Origin: the human T2T-CHM13v2.0 reference genome, Homo sapiens
Assembly (NCBI RefSeq): GCF_009914755.1
Contig: NC_060927.1
Direction: 5' to 3' (one strand)
DNA: 64,000 bases
Shown here one piece after another: positions 1-14,300 of this stretch (the stretch's first letter is position 1; each line of letters opens with the position of its first letter). The notes beneath the pieces were generated by a model, which saw only the letters and a list, made by a program, of their open reading frames with translations, was not told the origin of the DNA and made no database searches. A program made the position numbers and the translations under genes.

Positions 1-223
1 TCCTAGTCAAAGAAAGGGGTGACAGACGGCACCTGGAAAATCGGGTCACTCCCACCCTAATACTGTGCTTTTCCGACGGGCTTAAAAAACGGCGCACCAG
101 GAGATTATATCCCACACGTGGCTCAGAGGGTCCTACGCCCACAGAGTCTTGCTCATTGCTAGCACAGCAGTCTGAGATCAAACTGCAAGGCGGCAATGAG
201 GCTGGGGGAAGGGCGCCCGCCAT
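1..223 (-). CDS. L1 antisense ORF0, open to the window edge (at least 74 codons)
   Basis: ATG at 223 on the minus strand. Hand translation MAGALPPASLPPCSLISDCCASNEQDSVGVGPSEPRVGYNLLVRRFLSPSEKHSIRVGVTRFSRCRLSPLSLTR... matches primate L1 ORF0. No expression evidence. Confidence 0.7.
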   Translation of the reverse strand, partial: MAGALPPASLPPCSLISDCCASNEQDSVGVGPSEPRVGYNLLVRRFLSPSEKHSIRVGVTRFSRCRLSPLSLTR

Positions 224-806
224 TGCCCAGGCTTGCTTAGGTAAATAAAGCAGCCAGGAAGCTCGAACTGGGTGGAACCCACCACAGCTCAAGGAGGCCT
301 GCCTGCCTCTGTAGGCTCCACCTCTGGGGGCAGGGCACAGACAAACAAAAAGACAGCAGTAACCTCTGCAGACTTAAATGTCCCTGTCTGACAGCTTTGA
401 AGAGAGCAGTGGTTCTCCCAGCACGCAGCTAGATATCTGAGAAGGGGCAGACTGCCTCCTCAAGTGGGTCCCTGACCCCTGACCCCCGAGCAGCCTAACT
501 GGGAGGCACCCCCCAGTAGGGGCAGACTGACACCTCACACGGCCGGGTACTCCTCTGAAACAAAACTTCCAGAGGAACGATCAGACAGCAGCATTCGCGG
601 TTCATGAAAACCCGCTGTTGTGCAGCCACCGCTGCTGTTACCCAGGCAAACAGGGTCTGGAGTGGACCTCTAGCAAACTCCAACAGACCTGCAGCTGAGG
701 GCCCTGTCTGTTAGAAGGAAAACTAACAAACAGAAAGGACATCCACACCAAAAACCCATCTGTACGTCACCACCATCAAAGACCAAAAGTAGATAAAACC
801 ACAAAG

Positions 807-1823
807 ACAGGGAAAAAACAGAGCAGAAAAACTGGAAACTCTAAAAAGCAGAGTGCCTCTCCTCCTCCAAAGGAACACAGCTCCTCACCAGCAACGGAAC
901 AAAGCTGGACGGAGAATGACTTTGACTAGTTGAGAGAAGAAGGCTTCAGACAATCAAACTACTCTGAGCTACAGGAGGAAATTCAAACCAATGGCAAAGA
1001 AGTTAAAAACTTTGAAAAAAAATTAGACGAATGGATAACTAGAATAACCAATGCAGAGAAGTCCTTAAAGGAGCTGATGGAGCTGAAAGCCAAGGCTTGA
1101 GAACTATGTGAAGAATGCAGAAGCCTCAGGAGCCGATGCGATCAACTGGAAGAAAGGGTATCAGTGATGGAAGATGAAATGAATGAAATGAAGCGAGAAG
1201 GCAAGATTAGAGAAAAAAGAATAAAAAGAAACGAACAAAGCCTCCAAGAAATATGGGACTATGTGAAAAGACCAAATCTACATCTGATTGGTGTACCTGA
1301 AAGTGACGGGGAGAATGGAACCAAGTTGGAAAACACTCTGCAGGATATTATCCAGGAGAACTTCCCCAATCTAGCAAGGCAGGTCAACATTCAGATTCAG
1401 GAAATACAGAGAACGCCACAAAGATATGCCTCGAGAAGAGCAACTCCAAGAAACATAATTGTCAGATTCACCAAAGTTGAAATGAAGGAAAAAATGATAA
1501 GGGCAGCCAGAGAGAAAGGTCGGGTTACCCACAAAGGGAAGCCCATCAGACTAACAGCGGATCTCTTGGCAGAAACTCTACAAGCCAGAAGAGAGTGGGG
1601 GCCAATATTCAACATTCTTAAAGAAAAGAATTTTCAACCCAGAATTTCATATCCAGCCAAACTAAGCTTCATAAGTGAAGGAGAAATAAAATCCTTTACA
1701 GACAAGCAAATGCTGAGAGATTTTGTCACCACCAGGCCTGCCCTAAAAGACCTCCTGAAGGAAGCACTAAACATAGAAAGGAACAACTGGTAGCAGCCAC
1801 TGCAAAAACATGCCAAAATGTAA
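807..1823 (+). pseudogene. L1 ORF1p remnant (338-codon span, inactive)
   Basis: Start codon mutated to ACA (807-809). In-frame stops TAG 927, TGA 1098, TAG 1791; native TAA at 1821-1823. Track ORF 1164-1793 is the RRM/CTD part. Confidence 0.95.
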
Positions 1824-1872
1824 AGACCATCAAGGCTAGGAAGAAAACTGCATCAACTAACGAGCAAAATAA

Positions 1873-5715
<3,843 letters not shown>

Positions 5716-5769
5716 ACAATAAGAACACATGGACACAGGAAGGGGAACATCACACTCCAGGGACTGTTG

Positions 5770-5792
5770 TGGGGTGGGGGGAGGGGGGAGGG
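5770..5792 (+). other. G-rich, G-quadruplex-forming tract of the L1 3'UTR
   Basis: TGGGGTGGGGGGAGGGGGGAGGG. Confidence 0.75.
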
Positions 5793-6329
5793 ATAGCATT
5801 AGGAGATATGCCTAATGCTAAATGACGAGTTAATAGGTGCAGGACACCAACATGGCACATGTATACATATGTAACAAACCTGCACATTGTGCACATGTAC
5901 CCTAAAACTTAAAGTATAATAATAATAAAATTTTTAAAAAGTACTCTTTACAATTATATCAGAAATAGTTCAATGTATGAATATTTCAATTTCTGAGAAA
6001 TTTAACTATAACTTCTTTTTCTTATTACTGTGACCACACAATGAAGCAACCAAGAGATTCCTTCAATTATTGAGTCAGCAATTCATCTATTTGCAAAGTT
6101 TTAGAAAGGCTTTTTCCTCCACTTTGGCAAGTATTTAATTCAGAGGCATCATAAGTCAGGGGAAATTAAGGCAAATAGTACATTTTTTGCATTGCACGGC
6201 AAAAACAGGATTCTGAGAAAGGGTGCAAAGAAAGATGATTCATTATGTGTGCCATAGCTCATACAAAAGGAATATTTGGGAATATTAAATTGATGTGTTT
6301 TCAGTCTTCTCCCTGCCTCCTAGTAGCAA

Positions 6330-7377
6330 TTCCATCATCATTGATCTGGAAAAAGAAGAAAAGGGGAAAGGCCTATGAGGAAACGGCAGGTTCCCATGAG
6401 ATGGGAGAAGGAGCATGGGAGCTTGGCACTGCAGCAGTGGGAAGACAGCAGGAGGAAGAAAAAGATAAAACATCTCGCTGTCCTCCCCTCGACTAATCCA
6501 GGCAACAAGGTAAAGAGATTGGGAATCAAGCCAAAAGTTGGTGTCCTCTGACCACATTTCTGTCTGAGATAGTGAGGTGATGATTTAGAAGCTGTCCTCA
6601 CCTCAGCACAGGAGTGACCATTGCAGAATGAGAGAGGTGGTGCATCACTGTTGGTTAGAGATGGAAGGCCTTGGCCTTACTAGAGTCTTTCTGGAGGTGG
6701 CTTCAGCTCTCAAGAAGCATGGACAATAGTTTCATGTTTCCACATGCATCGTGGAGCAATGCAGAAGGTAGCTGATAATGCTAGATGGCAAGGGAGGTAT
6801 CTGCTATAAAAATCAAATGGCACAGACACTGGAAGGTGCTGGAATGACCAGAGTTGGGAATCAGATCAGCTGCAAGCAGATTTCAGGGAGGTCCAGAAGC
6901 CCATCAAAGGTAAGCTGAGGCTGAATCTTCAGGGAGGTCCTCTGGGATATAACTGAGGCATGAGCAAAGAGAACTCCACTTGACCTGAGCAGACAAGTAG
7001 AATGAGGGAAACTGCTACCACAAGAAGAGGAGGCAGTGCCAGGACCTGCTCATGGCTCCTGGAGGCCCCATCATTATTCCCCAACACAATCATGCCAAAT
7101 CACTTATACCTCCATACATCCCAACATCATATGGGAAGAAAATATGAGTGAGGAAGTAACAATCTGAAAGATTAGGATTTGATCTAAAAGAAACTGATTT
7201 ACCTTAAGAGACCATTTAAATTATTGAATCAGAATGATTAAATTTAGATATTTTATTCCCCTCTCACTAATTAGACAGAAAGAGGTTCTCAAAGGAGATA
7301 AAATATCTTCTGTAGAAAATAGAGCTACAAGCCCTTTGCACAGCTCAATGTAGTATGAGTTTAATTGGCAACCCTGA
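6330..7377 (+). mobile_element. Possible ancient Gypsy-like LTR (MamGypLTR/LTR8x class)
   Basis: Purine-rich body and a 3' end (GAAAATAGAGCTACA..CTTTGCACA..TGTAGTATGAG) that resembles these LTR ends from memory. Boundaries are uncertain. Confidence 0.35.
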
Positions 7378-7699
7378 TTCTCTAATAACAAATCATTATA
7401 TTTCAGTCATCCGGCTACCTCATTCTGAGCTGGAAACACCAAGGTTTTGCCTCCACTGTCTGCCATCGCTTCTCCCCAGCTCTGCCCATCTGTGGGCTAA
7501 GCTCCTCTTGGGGCCTTGGCTCACTCATCATTAGGAACACATATCACCTCAAGCCTGGCACCCTGGGATGGTTTCCTGCAGCCTGTGCTCAGCCATTCTG
7601 AAGCTACTACTGGATTTGTCCTGGCTTTGAAAATTTGTGTGACTAAATTTCCAGAGTCTGTTCAGGGAACAGAGTCAAAAGAGCAGGAGCTTCAGAAAG

Positions 7700-7870
7700 A
7701 GACTTGGTGTTGGAGTCTGCTGCAGGCATCTATCACCTATCTGGCCATGAGCAAGCACTTTTCTATTTAAGCCTTCTTCTGTAAAGTGAAGTTAACAGTA
7801 CTTACTTTTGAGGCTACTGTATGGGTTAGCAATACTATATATGAGTTGATGAATGTACTGATGAAGTTCA
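7700..7870 (+). mobile_element. MIR fragment
   Basis: Degenerate core TCTGTAAAGTGAAGTTAACAGTACTTAC. Confidence 0.5.
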
Positions 7871-8044
7871 ATAAATCCAGGCCACGTTATATGATTCTAG
7901 TTCCTTTTAAGGTGCCCAGTGCCCTGTAATTGCTTATTCACCTGCAACCATGGACCTCTGCTAAGGACCTCTGATCCTCCCCTACAGACAGAGCCTATTC
8001 TATGTATTCCCAGCTGCTCATAGACACTCCTGCTTCCTGAACAG

Positions 8045-8520
8045 GTGTCACGGATGCTCTGCCTTGACACTCAGACCTCCCTTCAGAACAGAAGGATACA
8101 TGTCTGGCTACTGGCAGACACTCTCAGCCCTCTCTGAGAATTTCCTCAGCCAAAGTCACAACCCCTTTCCCAGGGGGCAGCCTGTATCCAAAAACTGATG
8201 GATACAGAAGAATACAGGCCAGTCCCATTGGCCCAAACCAGGGAAATGCTGAGAGGTCATCCCAATCTCAGAGCCCCCCACAGCCCTGGCTGAGGGAAGC
8301 TTTGGGGGCTTAGCCCAGTCCTGCTTCCTGTCGCTGTTGTGATGGTTAATTTTATGTGTCAACTTGACTGGGCTAAGGGATGCCCAGATAACAGGTAAAA
8401 CATTATTTCTATTTCTCTAGAAAACCCTGAGTAATATAGATTTTGATCCTAAGAGCTCACCCTCATAAATATCCTGCATGCCGATCTCTGGCTCAGAGTC
8501 AGCTTCCTCAGGAACCTATT
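8045..8520 (+). mobile_element. LTR16-family ERVL solo LTR, interrupted by an MLT2 remnant
   Basis: 3' end ATAAATATCCTGCATGCCGATCTCTGGCTCAGAGTCAGCTTCC is typical of LTR16. Confidence 0.65.
8338..8438 (+). mobile_element. Internally deleted MLT2 (ERVL) LTR, both termini only
   Basis: Starts TGTGATGGTTAATTTTATGTGTCAACTTGACTGGGCTAAGGGATGCCCAG and ends TTTCTCTAGAAAACCCTGAGTAATATA. Confidence 0.8.
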
Positions 8521-8770
8521 TGGTGAAAATAGGTCACCACATTCCACATTCAAAACCACTTACTTAGCGATTATTGTTAATGCTGTGCAGATATCCACAT
8601 AAAATTTGGTTAAATGAACATTCATAACCCTCTTGGTCACTGTTTTTGACAATCACTGTGTGTCATAGACAGTGTACTCCTCTTATTCTGGTCCTTACTT
8701 CCTAAGGGTCCTCCTCCACCTGCCTGCCAGCCAAACACATCCCAGAGAGGCCACTACTTACCCAGTACCT

Positions 8771-8824
8771 TTAGTGTACTCGTAACACTGTAGTGTTAGT
8801 GTACTCATAACACTGTAGTGTTAG
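8771..8824. repeat. 25-bp tandem duplication
   Basis: TTAGTGTACTCRTAACACTGTAGTG x2 plus TTAG. Confidence 0.9.
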
Positions 8825-9767
8825 CTAACAGACATAGCCTTTACCCTTCCTTTGATCCAGAATGAGAATCTGCAACTGCCACAAGGTTTTTACATCATTG
8901 CCTCCACCCTATGTGAACAGACAATATCCACAGGAAATTGTCAATTTCTTTGCACAGACTAAGCACCTGCTTGTATTATTACCCTGCTGTATACAAATGA
9001 GCCATTTTAGGAAATAAGTAGAACAAATATGCTCTAGAAACTGCAGTACAAGCAGTACCCAATTTGCAGACAGGTTGTGTTCCCTGAGTTGATTTCCAAA
9101 TTAGCTACTTGGAAATCAGAATGCATTATCCCAAGAAGCAGTGTTATAAATGATGGCCAGCTTCACAACTGTCATCCATAAGGCCCTGGTAAACTAGCAA
9201 CATAATTAAAATGACACTGTCTTTAAGAATGGGCTGTTCTTTATGGGGTAAATGCCCTTTACAGGGCATAAGAAGGAAATTATTTGGCCCCAGGAACATG
9301 TGTCTCTCTTGCTCTTAGTTGTCCTCTCCTCTACCAGACATTTGTTGTAATCACTCATTTTCAAGATGGAAGCAGAGTAAGACAACCTGGCCCTTCTCTC
9401 CACTGTCCTCCAGAACTTGGACATTAATCTAATGTAGAGTTGGTGACTTCTGGCTTCTAGTGGATAATAAGCAAAATAAAGAGGCTCCAAGATGCATGCT
9501 GCACAGGGAGTACCTTCTCTGGCACAGAATTGTACATTTGTAGTTTGAGAATACCAGTATAAATGCAAAAGAGTAAATCCCAAAGGAACATTTGTATTTC
9601 CTATGCATAAGCCTAACAAAGAATGGCTGAAGTCAGAAAATGTAACCTCTGGTTTTGTTATATCACCCAACAATTCTACCTTGTCACGCGTATTCAAAAA
9701 ATATCCTTCTAAAATGATACTTTCACAAGACCTCCTAAAGCCAAACAAGCATATCTGCTGCTCAATG

Positions 9768-10038
9768 CAGCATTTTCAAAACGTAATCCCTTGACCAGCA
9801 CCATCAGCATCACATGCAAACTTGTTAGAAGTGCTAATTTTGGAAACCATCCCACACCTACTGAATAAAAACTCTGGGAGCTTGCACTGAGCCAAGATCG
9901 TGCCACTGCACTCCAGCCTGGGTGACAGCAAGACTCTGTCTCAAAAAAAAAAAAAAAAAAACCTCTGGGATTGGAACCTAGAAATCTGTGTTTCAATAAG
10001 CTGTCTAGGTTATTCTCACTAAAGTTTGAGAAACACTT
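9768..10038 (+). mobile_element. MER5A (hAT-Charlie MITE), split by an Alu fragment
   Basis: ACCAGCACCATCAGCATCAC..CTTGTTAGAA..CCTACTGAAT..AAAGTTTGAGAAACACT. Confidence 0.85.
9880..9957 (+). mobile_element. Heavily 5'-truncated Alu (AluY-like GAGCTTGCA)
   Basis: Alu 3' end plus poly(A); TSD AAAAACTCTGGGA / AAAACCTCTGGGA (9867-9879, 9958-9970). Confidence 0.9.
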
Positions 10039-11270
10039 AACTAATGATTTTAATAATTTATTTTTTAAAAGAAATGACAAGAAACACTATCAATCTAACT
10101 GTTCCCTTCCATTTATGGCATAAAACATTACTTTTATGAGATACCCAGCAAGTCGACTCAAAAAAAGTGTATTCTATGTTTCTATGTGCAGGCTGCTGTT
10201 TGTCTGCTAAAGAAGATTAAAAAGTGAATAGATTAAATAGTGAATAGAATGCAAATCAAAGATTTGCAACCTTATGGAGTTAAAGGAAGGGAAGGCAACA
10301 AGGATATGCCTAATACCAGGGAGATTATTTGTAGTTTTATTAAAAATATATAAATAAAATGCTATGGAGAAAACAGAAATCAAACACAATTTTAGAGAAA
10401 GAAGTCAGATAAAAGTTTTGAGGCAACATCAGGGTCAGGCCTTGAAAGATTGGTATACATTTTAACAATGAAAGCAATGCGGCAGGGGGAGCCCGTGGAA
10501 TTGGTGGAGGGCAATATTTCCTAAAAAAGGAGACAACACAAATGAAAGCCAAAGGGTGTGTAAGCATGGTACAAAGCTGCCTCCAAGTTGTGTCTTAAAT
10601 AGGTTATAGCTGTGATTACATAACTTCTCCTCAACTTTTGGGGCAGCCAGGTGAAGAATGAAGCAGCCAGAAACCCTCCTATGTCTATTATTCCTGTCAT
10701 AAGCAGTTGTGTGCAGTTACCCCAGTTAACTTATTAATGTCATTCCTATACGTACTATGATACCACAGACCTCATTTCAGGTACCAAGACAAATGCACAG
10801 AATTTAGAGTAGACACTGAGTAGATAAGGCAAAGAGATGAGAGGATCTTGGATGTCATACTGAGTAGACTGATCCTATTTAGAAGGCAATATTGTGTTTG
10901 AGGCAGAAAAAAAGGCATGATTTGCCTTGGGTAATAAACTTATTATCATACAATATGTAGAGTGAAAACAGATGAACTCAGCCAAATCGGTTAGGATGTT
11001 ATCAAATTAGGACAGACAGGAAATATTAAGAGCTCAAATTACTGAGGAGCAGAAAAGGAAAGGATAGAGTTGTAGGACAATCAGTTTCAATTCAATAATA
11101 TCTGATTGCCTAGGATATACAAGACACATGCCGCTTTGGAGAAAACAAAAATTGCAAAGGCTGCCCTTTATTTTAAATAAATTAAAATCTGTTATGCAGT
11201 AGTATAAGACCAATATAAAAATTTAATAAGTGGTAAACTGTAATTAGGGAAGCATAAAGTGTTATAGCAG

Positions 11271-11399
11271 TGTAAATCAATAAAAATAACCGAGGTGAGT
11301 CTTAATCATTTTAGGTTTATTTGCCAAAGATAAATATGAATGTCCAGGAGGCAGGTCTACAACTTTCTCCAAAGATGATTTTGAGGATTTCAATACTGA
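11271..11399 (-). mobile_element. MER4-type (ERV1) LTR, 3' part; continues at 18451
   Basis: TTTATTTGCCAAAG..CTTTCTCCAAAGATGATTTTGAGG. Confidence 0.75.
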
Positions 11400-14300
11400 A
11401 AGGGGGCAAGAGGGCAAGATGGCTGAATAGGAACAGCTCCGGTCTGCAGCTCCCAGAGAGACCAACACAGAAGGCAAGTGATTGCGGCATTTCCAACTGA
11501 GGTACCCAGTTCATCTCACTGGGACTGGCTGGGCAGTGGGAGCAGCCCACAGAGGGTGAACAGAAGCAGGGTGAGGCATTGCCTCAACCAGGAAATGCAA
11601 GAAGCCGGGGTCCTCATTCCCCAAGCCAACAGAAGCCATGGGAGACTGTGCTACAAGGCCTAGATACTATGCTTTTCCCATGAATTTTGCAATCCGCAGA
11701 TCAGGAGATTCCCTCATGTGCCTACACCACCAGAGCCCTGGGTTTGAAGCACAAAACTGGGCGGCTGTTTCGACAGACACTGAGCTAGCTGCAGGAGTTT
11801 TTTCATATCACAATGGCGCCTGGAATCCCACTGAGACAGGACTGTTCTCTCCCCTGGAAAGGGGGCTGAAGTCAGGGAGCCAAGAGGTCTTCCTCAGCAG
11901 GTCCCATGCCCACAGAGCCCAGCAAGTTAAGAACCACTAGCTTGAAATTCTCACTGCCAGCCCAGCAGTCTGAAGTCAACCTGGGATGATCAAGCTTGGT
12001 GCGGGGAGGGACATCCACCATTATTGAGGCTTTAATAGGTGGTTTTCCCCTGACAGTGCTAAAAAGGCTGCGAGGTTTGGGATGGGTGGAATTCACCACA
12101 GAGCGGCAAAGCAGCTGTGGCCAGACTACTTCTCTAGATTCCTCCTCATTGGGCAGGGCATCTCTGAAGGAAAGGTAACAGGCCCAGTCATGGGCTTACA
12201 GATAAACTCCCATCGCCCTGGGACAGAGCACCTGGGAAAAAGGGTGGCTGTGTGCACAGCTTCAGACAACTTAAACTTTCCTGTCTGCTGGCTCTGAAGA
12301 GAGCAGCTAATCTAGACAAGGAGGATTCTCCCAGCACAGCACTCAAGCTCTGCTAAGGGACAGACTACCTCCTCAAGTGGGTACCTGACCCTCGTGCCTC
12401 CTGATTGGGAGAGACCTCCCAACAGGGGCTGACAGACACCTCCTACAGGAGATATCTGGCTGGCATCAGACCAGTGCCCCTCTGGGACGAAGCTTCCAGA
12501 AAAAGGAGCAGGCAGCAATCTTTGCTGTTCTGCAGCCTCCACTACTGATACTCAGGTGAACAAGGTCTGGAGTGGACCTGCAGAAGAGGGGCCTGATTGT
12601 TAGAAAAAAAACTAACAGAAAGCAACAATATCAACATCAACAAAAAGGACCCCCACACAAAAACCCCATCCAAGGGTCACCAGCCTCAAAAATCAAAGGT
12701 AGATAAATCCATGAAGATGAGGAAAAGCCAGCACAAAAATGCTGAAAATTCCAAAAACCAGAATTCCTCTGCTCCTCCAAAGGATCACAACTCCTCTCCA
12801 GCAAAGGAACAAAACTGGACGGGGAATGAGTTTGATGAACTGACAGAAGTAGGCTTCAGAAGGTGGATAATAACAAACTCCTCCAAGCTAAAGGAGCATG
12901 TTCTAACCCAATGCAAGGAAGCAAAGAACATTAATAAAAGGTTACAGGAACTGCTAACTAGAATAAGCAGTTTAGAGAAGAACATAAATGACCTGATAGA
13001 GCTGAAAAACACAGCAGGAGAACTTCGTCAAGCATACACAGTATCAATAGCAGAATCAATCAATCAGAAGAAAGGATATCAGAGAATGAAGATAAACTTA
13101 CTGAAATAAGGTGCAAAGGGAAGATTAGAGAAAAAAGAATGAAAAGAAATGAACAAAGCCTCCAAGAAATATGGGACTATGTGGAAACACCAAACCTATG
13201 ATTGATTGGTGTACCTGAAAGTGACGGGGAGAATGGAACCAAGTTGGAAAACACATTTCAGGATATTATTTAGGAGAATGTCCACAACCTAGCAAGACAA
13301 GCCAACATTCAAATTCAGGATATACAGTGAACACCACTAAGATACTCCTCAAAAAGAGCAACACATAATCATCAGATTCTCCAAGGTTGAAATAAAGAAA
13401 AAAATGTTAAGGGCAGCCAGAGAGAAAGGTCAAGTTATCTAAAAGGGAAGCCCATTAGACTAACAGCAGATGTCTCTGCAGAAACCCTACAAGCCAGAAG
13501 AGAGTGAGGGCCAATGTTCAACATTCTTTTTTTTTTAGATGGAGTCTCACTCTGTCACAAAGCTGGAGTACAGTGGCACAATCTTCGCTCACTGCAACCT
13601 CGACCTCCCAGGTTAAAGTGATTCTCCTGCCTCAGCCTCCCAAGTAGCTGGGACTACAGGGGCACGCCACCACGCCTAGCTAATTTTTGTATTTTTAGAC
13701 GAGATGGAGTTTCATCATGTTGGCCAGGATGGTCTCGATCTCTTGACCTTGTGATCCACCCACCTCAGCCTCCCAAAGTGCTGGGATTACAGGCGTGAGC
13801 CACCATGCCTGAACTCAACATTCTTAAAGAAAAAAATTTTCAACCAAGAATTTCATATCCAGCCAAACTAAGCTTCATAAGTCAAGAAAAAATAAAATCC
13901 TTTACAGACAAGCAAATGCTGAGAGATTTTGTCACCACCAGGCCTGCCTTACAAGAGCTCCTGAAGGAAGCACTAAATATGGAAAGAAAAAACCAGTACC
14001 AGCCACTGCAAAAACACACCATAATATAAGACCAATGACACTATGAATAAACTGCATCAACTAATATGCAAAATAACCAGCTAGCATCATGACAACAGGA
14101 TCAAATTCACACATAACAATATTAACCTTAAAGGTAAATGGGCTAAATGCCCGAATTAAAAGACACAGACTGGTAAACTGGATAAAGAGTCATGACCCAT
14201 CGGTGTGCTGTGTTCAGGAGACCCATCTAACGTGCAAAGACACACATAGGCTCAAAATAAAGGGATGGAGGAATATTTACCAAGGAAATTGAAAGCAAAA

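Noticed and set aside
495-683. Track ORF as L1 ORF0
   Set aside because: ORF0 starts at 223; this is an incidental non-ATG frame over the ZNF93 segment.
9045-9230. Possible Tigger-like DNA transposon end
   Set aside because: Only one vague terminal similarity; no second inverted repeat found.
9206-9748. 180-aa minus-strand ORF as a gene
   Set aside because: Non-ATG start, no recognisable domain or splice context; compatible with chance.
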